64,000 nucleotides of DNA from Acidimicrobiaceae bacterium (GTDB lineage Bacteria > Actinomycetota > Acidimicrobiia > Acidimicrobiales > Ilumatobacteraceae): positions 10,699-74,698 of the forward strand of contig JBEIIG010000009.1 in the NCBI GenBank assembly GCA_040380855.1, read 5' to 3'. The position numbers were made by a program, and so were the translations under genes. The notes beneath the pieces are model-generated. The model saw nothing but the letters and a program-made list of their open reading frames with translations, ran no database searches and was not told the origin of the DNA. Of this stretch, positions 17,211 to 28,917 are shown one piece after another (position 1 is the stretch's first letter; the number at the start of each line of letters is the position of its first letter).

Positions 17211-18199
17211 GTGTGTGCCACCCTTGCGATGCCGGTGTACTCCTGCAGCATCACCCCGGCATCGGCAGCGGCTGCGAGCAGCCATGCCGTCGGCACCGAG
17301 TCGGCGCCCGCCACGGTCAGGCCGGGGGCGAGCCGCCCGTCCGCGCACACCTCGGCGAACAACGCACCCACCGTGCCGGCGATGTCGCCGGTTCGACCGA
17401 CGGCGCCGGCCACCTGGGTGACCCGCGCACCGTCGGCTGCGGCACCGCGCACCTCGACCCTGATGGCCCCCCGATCGCCCTCACGGTGCGGGGGTGCCAG
17501 CAGCGGCAGGCGTGCCGTCAGGCGATCGCGTCGACGTGCCGACACCCGCGCCGAGATGCGGTCGGCATCGGGAAACGCCCGTTGCAGCAGCAATGGTTCG
17601 GGGAGCGCACCGCGATAGCAGTCGGCCGGCCCGATCGGCTCGGGGAACCACACCAACTCGCGCCCGCTGCCACCGGGTCGATCGAACCATTCGCCGTCGT
17701 GCCACCCCACCGCACGCGAACCGAGCGCACGGTGGTGCTGACGCGCACATGCCGGGCCGCCCGTGCCGTGCATCGCAACATGGATCTCGTCGACCACGGC
17801 CAACTGGTCGGCCAGGAAGCGGGCGAGCAGTCCCGACAGACCGGGCGACATCCCGGCACCCACGACCACACATCGATCGGCGGCCTCGGCGACGGCTCCG
17901 AGGTCGCACAATCCGGGCACGTCGTCGAGGTCGTCACCGAGGCTCACCACATGACAGCCCTCGGCCAGCAACGTCGCCACGCCTGGTCGGTGTGGCGCGG
18001 GCGTGGCCACCACCACTGCGTCGGTGGCGCCGAGGTCGTCGATCGAGGCCAACACCACGCCACCGAGTCGACTCGCGGCACGGCGGGCGGCAGCCCCATC
18101 GGTGTCGAACCAGGCAGTACGGATCCCGCGGTGACGAAGGGTCCGCCCAACCGCCTGGCCCGTGACACCGGCGCCCAGCACACCCACGATCGCGGTCAT
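17207..18199 (-). CDS. Saccharopine-dehydrogenase-like NAD(P)-binding protein
   Basis: N-terminal Rossmann motif VGVLGAGVTGQAV. 330 aa, coupled to the downstream hydrolase. Confidence 0.55.
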   Translation of the reverse strand: MTAIVGVLGAGVTGQAVGRTLRHRGIRTAWFDTDGAAARRAASRLGGVVLASIDDLGATDAVVVATPAPHRPGVATLLAEGCHVVSLGDDLDDVPGLCDLGAVAEAADRCVVVGAGMSPGLSGLLARFLADQLAVVDEIHVAMHGTGGPACARQHHRALGSRAVGWHDGEWFDRPGGSGRELVWFPEPIGPADCYRGALPEPLLLQRAFPDADRISARVSARRRDRLTARLPLLAPPHREGDRGAIRVEVRGAAADGARVTQVAGAVGRTGDIAGTVGALFAEVCADGRLAPGLTVAGADSVPTAWLLAAAADAGVMLQEYTGIARVAHT

Positions 18200-18513
18200 G
18201 CGGCGCTCACGAGTCGGGGACGCGCAATTCGCGCCAGCCGCCCTCCTGGGGTGGCACCCCTCCGTTGCCGCGCAACCGCAGCGCGCCGGCGATCACGCTT
18301 GCGATCGACAACGCAAGCAGGGCCCGGCGCAGCAATCTCATGGGCGTCAGCGTAGGCGTGCACGGCGTCTGCCACCACCCGACAAGACCTTGTCAACGAT
18401 GTGTCAAGCCATGGTATGGTACGGCCACCGTACGTGGTGTGACGAAAGGGGGCCGTCATGGCAAAGGGTGCTCGCTGGACGTGATCGTCGGATGACCTCC
18501 GACGACTGAACGG

Positions 18514-18536
18514 GAACCGGCCCACGTGGCCGGTTC
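18514..18536. terminator. Perfect 9-bp GC-rich hairpin just downstream of the MFS gene (possibly bidirectional)
   Basis: GAACCGGCC-CACGT-GGCCGGTTC. It lies 7 nt beyond the MFS stop (18543) on the minus strand and also follows the plus-strand mini-ORF. Confidence 0.5.
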
Positions 18537-18542
18537 TTCGCG

Positions 18543-19691
18543 TCAGGGCTCAGGTTCGACGACAGGCGGAGCACTGTTGTCGACACCGGCCAGGCCGACC
18601 ATCACCAGGGCCAGCACGGCGAACTGGGCCACACCGGCGACGACGATCACCGTGCCGACGCCCACTGCATCGCCGATGACCGCCGCGAGCAGACTGCCTG
18701 CCACCGTGCCGATCGCGATGACGAGTTGGAACAGGGCCAGCACTCGCCCCATCATCGCACCGGGGATCAGTCGCTGCCGGATGGTCATCGTCACCACACC
18801 ACCGAGCGTGACACTGAAGCCCCATGCTGCGAGCGCCGCACCGGCCACCCACCAGCGATCGGTGGTGCCGAACACGATGTAGGCGATGGCGTTCCCGATC
18901 ACTCCGACTGCGAGTGCCACTCGTTGCCCCAGCGCGGCGATGATCCACTTGGCGCACAGGCCCGCTGCTGTCGATCCGAATGCAACGAGCGTGAGAAGCG
19001 GCCCATACCCGGCCACCGACACGCCGACGCGGTCGCGGAGCACCACGGGCAGCAGGGTGAACACCAGAGCTCCGGTCAACGACAGTGCGCCGAGCGCGAA
19101 CCAGATCGCCACGAGCGGTCGCGAGCGGCGCAGATGATCGATCGCACTGTCGAGGCGCATCTCGGCACGCCTCGCCACGCTCGCACGCGGCTGCGGGGGC
19201 ACGGCGCGCAGCAACGCCGCCGACGCGCCGTAGGTGACGGCATCGAGGAGAAACGGTGCCCACGGGGCAAGCGCGAACAGCAGCGGCCCCAGCGGTGTAC
19301 CGACGAACTCTGTTCCGTCAGCCGCAGCTGCGAGCTTCCCGTTCGCGTCCTCGAGCAGTTCGTCGGGCACGATGGTGGGCACGGTGGGATGTACCGCTGC
19401 GGTGAACAGCACCGATGCCGACCCCATCACGAACGCCAACACCACCACCAGCACGATGGTCAGTCGGTCGGCGACCACGAGCACGACGACCAACGCCATC
19501 GCGACACCACTCACCAACTCCGAACCGATCAGCAACTGACGGCGATCGTGACGATCGGCGCTCATCCCGCTCGGCAGTGCGAACAACAGCGCCGGCAGGG
19601 CTGCGGCAGCAGCCACCAGGCCGAGCACATGTTCTTGTTGGCTCTCCGACGTCAACTCGAGGATCAGCAGCGGCAGGGCCGCTGTGGTCAT
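18543..19691 (-). CDS. MFS transporter (EntS/enterobactin-exporter-like); true N-terminus probably upstream of the first ATG
   Basis: 382 aa from the first ATG with about 11 TM segments. The in-frame upstream sequence (open to the stop at 19800-19802) encodes LPSTFWRLWTAAAASRAGSH, a typical MFS N-terminus, but contains no ATG/GTG/TTG. Confidence 0.8.
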   Translation of the reverse strand: MTTAALPLLILELTSESQQEHVLGLVAAAAALPALLFALPSGMSADRHDRRQLLIGSELVSGVAMALVVVLVVADRLTIVLVVVLAFVMGSASVLFTAAVHPTVPTIVPDELLEDANGKLAAAADGTEFVGTPLGPLLFALAPWAPFLLDAVTYGASAALLRAVPPQPRASVARRAEMRLDSAIDHLRRSRPLVAIWFALGALSLTGALVFTLLPVVLRDRVGVSVAGYGPLLTLVAFGSTAAGLCAKWIIAALGQRVALAVGVIGNAIAYIVFGTTDRWWVAGAALAAWGFSVTLGGVVTMTIRQRLIPGAMMGRVLALFQLVIAIGTVAGSLLAAVIGDAVGVGTVIVVAGVAQFAVLALVMVGLAGVDNSAPPVVEPEP

Positions 19692-19838
19692 GTGCGACCC
19701 GGCACGTGAGGCGGCAGCAGCGGTCCACAGACGCCAGAACGTCGACGGCAGACGAGATGCCGTGGGGCGGGCCGTGGGTGCGGTGCTGATGGCGGCACGT
19801 TAGTGCGGCCCGGGACCACCGAAATCGAAGTGCAGCGG

Positions 19839-19912
19839 TGGGGCTAACAAGAATCGAACTTGTGACCTCATCCTTATCAGGGATGCGCTCTAACCGACTG
19901 AGCTATAGCCCC
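19839..19912 (-). tRNA. tRNA-Ile (anticodon GAU)
   Basis: Reverse complement folds as a canonical cloverleaf: acceptor GGGGCTA/TAGCCCC, D stem GCTC/GAGC, anticodon stem CATCC/GGATG with loop CTGATAA, T stem ACAAG/CTTGT with loop TTCGATT. 3' CCA is not encoded (followed by CCG). Confidence 0.97.
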
Positions 19913-19952
19913 GCTAGCAGGTGGCAAGGCTACCGGCCGCAAGCCGGTTCCC

Positions 19953-20666
19953 TCAACTGCGAATCACGGGTGTCGACGACTCCGGTGGCAGCACCACGCC
20001 GTCGGGTGGCCGGGGCCGCACGATCACTTCCTCTTCGAGCACCGTCACCCGCACGCCGCCGACGAGGTCGGCGATCAGGTTGAACAAGGTGGCGAGCAGG
20101 ACGACGAAGCCGGTGAGGCCCACCGCGACGAACAATCCGCCCACCCAGGCGTTGTGGTAGATCTGCCCTCCGTTGAACTCGAAGCTCGACCAGCCGAACT
20201 GCTCGAAGAACTGTTCGACGTTGTCGATCGTGCCGGTGGCGTAGGCGACGTTCCACAACAGCACCCCGGCGGTGAGGCACACGGCGTACAGGATGGTGTT
20301 GAACACCAGCGCCACCTTGAACACGCTCCAGGTATCGACATGGCGCACGACGCGGGTGACCCGGCGTACCCGCGGGCGACGGCGGAACAGCACCGGTCCC
20401 GCCGAGCTGGAGGCCACCACGACCGGTGGAGGCACCGGTGCGGTGACCGGGGCAGCAGCGACCGGTTCGACGATCGGTGTGTTCGGCTGGGGGGCCGGAG
20501 CCGGATGATCGACCGAGGGCTCGGGGATCGCCTCGACGATCGACGGCAGCACCGGTGCGCCGACCGGCGCCGGGGCATCGCCCACCTTGCTCAACTGCTC
20601 GAGCGGGTCTGGTTCGGCAGCACGCGCCAGCGGAGGCCTCGACGGGTTGGCATCACTGGGCGTCAC
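19953..20666 (-). CDS. DUF3566-family membrane protein (Rv0007-like)
   Basis: Pro/Ala-rich N-terminus, then VRHVDTWSVFKVALVFNTILYAV...FNLIADLVGGVRVTVLEEE. It sits downstream of gyrA next to tRNA-Ile, as in mycobacteria. Confidence 0.75.
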   Translation of the reverse strand: MTPSDANPSRPPLARAAEPDPLEQLSKVGDAPAPVGAPVLPSIVEAIPEPSVDHPAPAPQPNTPIVEPVAAAPVTAPVPPPVVVASSSAGPVLFRRRPRVRRVTRVVRHVDTWSVFKVALVFNTILYAVCLTAGVLLWNVAYATGTIDNVEQFFEQFGWSSFEFNGGQIYHNAWVGGLFVAVGLTGFVVLLATLFNLIADLVGGVRVTVLEEEVIVRPRPPDGVVLPPESSTPVIRS

Positions 20667-20714
20667 AACGGCCCAGTGTAGAGAACCCGGTGTCGGCGAC
20701 GGTCGCGGTTGCGC

Positions 20715-20990
20715 TCACGGCCCGTTGCTCGCGCGAGCCGACGCGTCGACCGCGCCGATCTCGACCGTCACCACGACGTCGTCGCCGACCTGATCGAACG
20801 CCACCAGCGTGGCACCGTTCGCGTCGGCGAGCCCAGCCGCAGCGTCGCGTCCACCGCTCACGCCGGCCAGGGCAGCGGCGTCGGCAGCGATCTGTGCGCG
20901 CTGGCGCTGCACCATCACCACCCCGACTCGACCGACCCCGACCGACAGCAGCGCAGCGAGCACCAACGCAGCCGGGATCATCAGCACCAC
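20715..20990 (-). CDS. TadE-like (Rv3654c-type) pseudopilin-like small protein
   Basis: Single N-terminal TM (VVLMIPAALVLAALLSVGVG), then RQRAQIAADAAALAGV...ANGATLVAFDQVGDDVVVTVE, which resembles helicase/secretion-neighbourhood TadE-like proteins. Start uncertain (GTG 20990/20987 or ATG 20981). Confidence 0.45.
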   Translation of the reverse strand: MVLMIPAALVLAALLSVGVGRVGVVMVQRQRAQIAADAAALAGVSGGRDAAAGLADANGATLVAFDQVGDDVVVTVEIGAVDASARASNGP

Positions 20991-21018
20991 CTGGCCGTGA
21001 TCGCGAGGCGCAGTGCGG

Positions 21019-23504
<2,486 letters not shown>

Positions 23505-23505
<1 letters not shown>

Positions 23506-25463
23506 CAGAAGTCGAGGTTCCTCACGTCGCGTGCATTGGTGGTGATGAACTGCTTGCGCAGGTCGACGTCGTCGCCCATGAGCACGCTCATGATCTCGTC
23601 GGCCAGCGCGGCCTCTTCGACAGTGACCTGCAGCAGGGTGCGCGACCCGGCGTCCATCGTGGTGCTGCGCAACTCTTCCCAGTCCATCTCGCCCAGGCCC
23701 TTCAGGCGCTGGAACTCCTTCTTGTGGTTGGGGCGTTCCTCGAGGAAGCGGGCCTTGGCCGCATCGTCTTTCAGGTACACCTTCTCCTTGCCGACCTCGG
23801 TGGAGTACAGCGGCGGCTGAGCGATGTAGACGAAACCGGCGTCGACCATGGGTCGCATCTGCCGGTAGAAGAACGTGAGCAGCAACGTGCGGATGTGGCT
23901 GCCGTCGACATCGGCATCGGCCAGCACGATGACCTTGTGGTAGCGGGCCTTGGCCGCATCGAACTCTTCGCCGATGCCGCCACCGATGGCCGTGACGAGG
24001 TTCTGCACCTCGTTGTTCTTCAACATCTTGTCGATGCGGGCGCGCTCGACGTTCAGGATCTTGCCGCGGATGGGCAAGATGGCCTGGGTGCGCGGGTCGC
24101 GAGCATCGAGCGCGGTACCGCCGGCCGAGTCGCCTTCGACGATGAACAGTTCGCTCTCGGCGGGGTTGCCGCTGGTGCAGTCCTTCAACTTGTCGGGCAT
24201 GCCTGCGCCGCTGAGGGCGGTCTTGCGGCGGATGGCGTTGCGCGCATTCTTCGCTGCCACACGTGCCTGCGCTGCGGCCTGCGCCTTCTTCACCAGGCGG
24301 TTGGCCTCGGTGGGGTTCTCTTCCAGCCACTCGGCCAACTTCTCGTTGGTGGCCTTCTGCACGAACGAGCGCATGGGCACATTGCCCAACTTCGCTTTGG
24401 TCTGGCCCTCGAACTGCGGCTCGCGCAACTTCACCGCGACGATGGCGGTGATGCCCTCGCGGATGTCTTCGCCGAGGAGGTTGTCGTCTTTCTCCTTCAG
24501 CAGGTTCTTCGCCCGGGCGTACTTGTTGACCACGCTGGTGAGGGCGGTCTTGAAACCCTCGACATGCATGCCGCCCTCGATGGTGGAGATGCCGTTCGCG
24601 TAGCCGTGGATGCCCTCGTGGTAGCCGGTGTTCCACTGCACGGCGATGTCGAGGGTCTGGCCGTTCTCGCCGTCTTCGTCTTCGTAGTGGGCGACCTTGC
24701 TGAACAGTGCCTCCTTCGACGCGTTGAGGTGCTTGACGAAGTCGACGATGCCGCCCTTGTAGAGGTAGGTGACCTCCTGCTCGCGCCCCGCCCGTTCGTC
24801 GCGGAACACGATCTCGAGGCCCTTGTTGAGGAAGGCCATGGTCTGCAGTCGCTCGAGCACGGTGCGGGCGACGAACTCGGTGCCCTCGGCCACGAAGATG
24901 CCGGCATCGGGCCAGAACGACACACTGGTGCCGGTGCGACGCCCGCGAGCAGGGGTGGCACCGGTGACGGCGATCTTGCCCTGCGGCTTGCCGCCCTTCG
25001 CGTACTCCTGCATGTAGCGATTGCCGTCGCGGTCGACCTCGAGCACGAGGCGTTCGCTGAGTGCATTGACCACGCTGACGCCCACGCCGTGCAGGCCGCC
25101 CGACACCTTGTAGCCCTCACCGCCGAACTTGCCACCGGCGTGCAACACGGTGAGCACCACCTCGGCGGCGCTCTTGCCCTTGTGCGGACCCGACGGATAC
25201 GGGTCGACCGGGATACCGCGGCCGTTGTCGTCGACGCGGCACCCGCCATCGGCCAACAGGGTGACGCCGATTCGGGTGCAGAACCCGGCCATCGCTTCGT
25301 CGACGGCGTTGTCGACCACCTCCCAGATGAGGTGGTGCAGACCGGCCAGACCGGTGGAGCCGATGTACATGCCGGGGCGCTTGCGAACGGGGTCGAGCCC
25401 TTCGAGCACCTGGATGTCCTTGGCCCCGTAATCGGCAGTTGGCTTGTTGGTGTCAGCGGACAC
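23505..25463 (-). CDS. gyrB: DNA gyrase subunit B
   Basis: [34 protein letters not shown], and the Toprim segment [11 protein letters not shown]. 652 aa. Confidence 0.98.
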
Positions 25464-25636
25464 GCGGAACCTCGATCACTCGGCGGGAAAACTGGTCGTG
25501 ACCAGCAACTTCAGTGGCGACACGGAGGCTGGCGGACGGGCACTGACGGCAGGCCAACCGGGGTCGCGACGACGGTCGTCATCCTACCGGAGGGGTGTGG
25601 CGCAGAGGCGGAGGGTCGGGCCCCCGAAGAGGGGTG

Positions 25637-25957
25637 TCAGCGTCGCTTGACGCGGATGTCGAAGTGCTCGACCGTGGCCCCGATCGTGGTGTGCAGACGA
25701 GCTCGCAGATCGGCCTCGAGGAACTTCAGTTGCGTCGCCCACGCCGGTTCGTCGACCTCCACCACGAGGCGCGTTCCGTCGAGTTTCACCGGTTGCACAT
25801 GGGCCGCAACCACATCGCCCACGATCTCGTTCCAGCGGCCGAACACACCACCGAGCGTTCCTGCCGACACCGGCGCGGCACCCTTGTCGCCCGGCCCGCG
25901 CAGCGACCGCATCACCCGCGTGAGACTGTCGCTCAGCGGGAGTGGATCACGGCTCAC
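25637..25957 (-). CDS. dciA: DUF721 protein (DciA-type helicase-loader candidate, Rv0004-like)
   Basis: 106 aa. WNEIVGDVVAAHVQPVKLDGTRLVVEVDEPAWATQLKF is typical of DUF721. Located between recF and gyrB. Confidence 0.75.
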   Translation of the reverse strand: MSRDPLPLSDSLTRVMRSLRGPGDKGAAPVSAGTLGGVFGRWNEIVGDVVAAHVQPVKLDGTRLVVEVDEPAWATQLKFLEADLRARLHTTIGATVEHFDIRVKRR

Positions 25958-25979
25958 CGGGCGAGCGTACCGGGCCGAC

Positions 25980-26720
25980 TCAGAGTGCCGCTGAGACGAT
26001 GGCGTCCCAGTTGCCCTGGAGGAGCAGATAGTCGTACACGCCGTGCAGCACCATGCACGGGATGATCGACCCCGACACTCGCCGCAGCGCGTAGAGGCCC
26101 AGGCCGATCACGGCCGTCTGCACGACCTGGATCAGTGTCGAGCCCACCTCGGCGCCGACGAGGATGTTGGGCAGGTGGAACAGGCCGAAGAGTGCGGCAG
26201 CCACCAGTGCTGCCGTGCGCTCGGTGCTGAACACACGTCGGCCTCCGACGAGCAGCAGGCCACGGAATGTGAACTCTTCGGTGACACCCACCAGCATCAC
26301 GGTGGCGAGGCAACCGACGATGTAGGTCGATCCCGCATCGGTGGGGCCGGCGTCGGCGAACACGAGCAGCCCGGCGAGCGCGAGCAGGACCGGGAAGGCC
26401 CACAGCCACCGCCTGCTGGTGCGGGACGGATCGCGCAGCACCGACTTCCACCAACCGAGCTTGGTGGTGACCACCACCTGGAACGCCAGCACGACGAGCA
26501 GCGGGATGATGAACTGACGCACCCACGGCGTGCTCTGGTCGCCGAGGAACTCGAAGCTCACCCGGTCGTCGCCGGGAACGAGCGCGATGAGCCCGATCCA
26601 GATGACGACATGTGCGACGAAGATGCCGAGCAACAGCGCGAAGGTGGGCTTCACCCCCTCGTCGACTCGGAGCTCGTTGGTCGGTGCGGCGACGTGTTCG
26701 GTGGTCACGCGGCGCGACAT
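25980..26720 (-). CDS. CPBP-family intramembrane glutamic endopeptidase (CAAX protease/Abi fold)
   Basis: Motif 1 VGVTEEFTFRGLL, motif 2 AALFGLFHLPN, motif 3 VLHGVYDY, about 7 TM segments. Its ATG overlaps the recF TAA by 1 nt (TAATG). Confidence 0.8.
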   Translation of the reverse strand: MSRRVTTEHVAAPTNELRVDEGVKPTFALLLGIFVAHVVIWIGLIALVPGDDRVSFEFLGDQSTPWVRQFIIPLLVVLAFQVVVTTKLGWWKSVLRDPSRTSRRWLWAFPVLLALAGLLVFADAGPTDAGSTYIVGCLATVMLVGVTEEFTFRGLLLVGGRRVFSTERTAALVAAALFGLFHLPNILVGAEVGSTLIQVVQTAVIGLGLYALRRVSGSIIPCMVLHGVYDYLLLQGNWDAIVSAAL

Positions 26721-27805
26721 TAGTCAGGTGAAACGACTGCTCCGGACGAGATGCGCACCAGGGCATCGGGGTGCGCTGCCGCCGGCAGCGTGGCAGCGGT
26801 GGTGAGCACCACCTGGCCCGGTGGCAGATGGCGCAGCAGTGCCGTGGCGCGCTCGTCGTCGAGTTCGCTCAGCACATCGTCGAGCACCAACACGGGCGCA
26901 CTGCCGGTGCGCTCGGCCACCAGGCGGTGCGCTGCCAGGCGCAACGCGAGCGCCAACGTGCGCTGCTCGCCCTGCGACGCATGGGTGCGCGCCGGCATGC
27001 CGTTCAAGAACAGTTCCACGTCGTCGCGGTGTGGGCCGACGGTCGACACACCACGGCGCACATCGTCGGTGCGTGCACCGGCCAGCGCAGTGGCCAGGCC
27101 CATCCGGCGCCAGTCGGGCTCATAACGCAGCTCCACCGCAGTCGGTCGGCCGGCGAGTTGTTCATAGGCCTCGAGCGTGAGGGGGTCGAGTTTGGCGATG
27201 AGCACCGAGCGGGCATGGCCGAACTGCTCGCCGAGTTCGGCCAACTTCGCGTCCCACACGTCGAGGGTGATCTCGGTCTCGTCGTTCAACCGCCCGGCGG
27301 CCTGCTTCAGCAAGGTGTTGCGCTGTTTCACCACGCGGTCGAGTTCGAGCCGCATTGCGTCGTACTTCAGCGCCAACGACACGAGTGTGTCGTCCATGAA
27401 CCGTCGCCGTTCGCCGGGTCCCTCTTTCACGATCACCAGGTCGTCGGGCGAGAACACGCTCACCCGCACCACGCCCAACAGATCGCGGCTGCGTTCCAGA
27501 CGGTTGCGGTTCACCAGCACCCGGTTGCGGCCGATCCGGCCGATTTCGGCCTCGACCAGCAGTTCACGGCCGTCGTCGTGCAGCACCGCGGCCCGGATGA
27601 CCGCCGTGTCGGCGCCCATGCGCACCATCGCCTCGGTGGGCGCGCCACGAAAACTGTCGAGTCGGGCGAGATACGCCAAGGCCTCGGCGAAGTTCGTCTT
27701 CCCCTGCCCGTTCAGACCCACCACCGCGGTGATCCCCGGCTGCAGATCGAACGAGGCGCTGCTGTAGTTGCGGAAGTCGACGAGCTCGAGGTGGGTGACG
27801 ATCAT
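26720..27805 (-). CDS. recF: DNA replication/repair protein RecF
   Basis: Walker A GLNGQGKTNFAEAL and SMC-like signature SQGEQRTLALALRLA. Its start overlaps the dnaN stop (ATGA). Confidence 0.95.
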   Translation of the reverse strand: MIVTHLELVDFRNYSSASFDLQPGITAVVGLNGQGKTNFAEALAYLARLDSFRGAPTEAMVRMGADTAVIRAAVLHDDGRELLVEAEIGRIGRNRVLVNRNRLERSRDLLGVVRVSVFSPDDLVIVKEGPGERRRFMDDTLVSLALKYDAMRLELDRVVKQRNTLLKQAAGRLNDETEITLDVWDAKLAELGEQFGHARSVLIAKLDPLTLEAYEQLAGRPTAVELRYEPDWRRMGLATALAGARTDDVRRGVSTVGPHRDDVELFLNGMPARTHASQGEQRTLALALRLAAHRLVAERTGSAPVLVLDDVLSELDDERATALLRHLPPGQVVLTTAATLPAAAHPDALVRISSGAVVSPD

Positions 27806-28917
27806 GTGTCGTGCTGGACACGCACCGGCATGAGGAGATACAGGAAGTCGGTGTTGCCCGAGCCACGGATGATCGCCGGCTTCAGGCCATCGGTCGTCGA
27901 CAGGGTGACCTCGTCGTTGGGCACTGCTTCGACACCTGCGGCGAGGTACTCGGGGTTGAACGCCACCTTCAACTCGTCGCCTGTGGCGGTGGCATCGAGT
28001 TCCTCGCTCGCGTTGCCCACGTCTTGGGTGATCGTGGTGAGCTGCAGCGACTCGGCCGTGATCTTCAGTCGCAGCACCGACGTGGTGGTGGCCGTATCGC
28101 GGGCCAGGATCTTCATACGCCGGATGGCATCGAGCAGGTCGCCGCGGTTGACGGTGAGCAGGTTGGGATGGCTCGGCGGGATGAGTTGGCGGTAGTTCGG
28201 GAAGTCGCCGGGGATGAGCCGGGTGCTCAGCCGGGTGCCACCGATCTCGAAGGTGGCGTCGTTATCGCCGATGCGCAACGTGACCTCCGAGCCGTCGCCC
28301 AGCACACGCTGCAGTTCGTTCAACGCCCGCGCCGGAACGAGGACACGCTGCTCGGGGCCGAGCACGCTCACGCCCGGCAGGTCGCGTACCGCCAGGCGGT
28401 ACGAGTCGGTGGCCACCAACCGCAGACCGTCGTTCTCGGCGGCCAGCAGCACGCCGGTGAGCACCGGTCGTCCCTCGTCCTTGCTCGCCGCGCTCACCAC
28501 CTGGCGCAGCGCCTCGCCGAACACACCGGCGTCGAGGGTGACGGCCGACGCCGACGGCGGGTTGATGCGCGGGTAGTCGTCGAACGACAGGGCGCGCACG
28601 CTGAACTGCGACCGACCGGCGCTGATCTTCACGTCGTCGTCGCCCATGGCGATCTCGACACGACCGGCCGGGAGGGCACGCACGATGTCGGCCGACAACT
28701 TCGCGGGGATGACCGCGCCCCCGTCGACTTCGCCACCGACGGCGATGACTTTCTGGATGGTGAGTTCGAGATCGGTGCCGGTGATCGAGAGTTGATCGCC
28801 GAGCACTTCGAGACGGAGGCCCGACAGCACGGGAAGCGTGCCGGTACGACCGGTAGCAGCGCGACTGGCGGTGGCCAGTGCTTCGGCCAGGACGTCTCGT
28901 TCGCAGCGGAACTTCAC
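27802..28917 (-). CDS. dnaN: DNA polymerase III beta sliding clamp
   Basis: GTG start at 28915-28917 with GAGAAAGG upstream gives VKFRCERDVLAEAL..., a typical DnaN N-terminus. 371 aa. The longer track ORF extends into the AT-rich intergenic region. Confidence 0.95.
   Translation of the reverse strand: MKFRCERDVLAEALATASRAATGRTGTLPVLSGLRLEVLGDQLSITGTDLELTIQKVIAVGGEVDGGAVIPAKLSADIVRALPAGRVEIAMGDDDVKISAGRSQFSVRALSFDDYPRINPPSASAVTLDAGVFGEALRQVVSAASKDEGRPVLTGVLLAAENDGLRLVATDSYRLAVRDLPGVSVLGPEQRVLVPARALNELQRVLGDGSEVTLRIGDNDATFEIGGTRLSTRLIPGDFPNYRQLIPPSHPNLLTVNRGDLLDAIRRMKILARDTATTTSVLRLKITAESLQLTTITQDVGNASEELDATATGDELKVAFNPEYLAAGVEAVPNDEVTLSTTDGLKPAIIRGSGNTDFLYLLMPVRVQHDT

Noticed and set aside
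19839-19952. tRNA-Ile as an integration hotspot (prophage or genomic island).
   Set aside because: No integrase, no duplicated tRNA 3' segment and no phage-like genes are nearby. The flanking genes are the conserved gyrA-DUF3566 block and an MFS gene.
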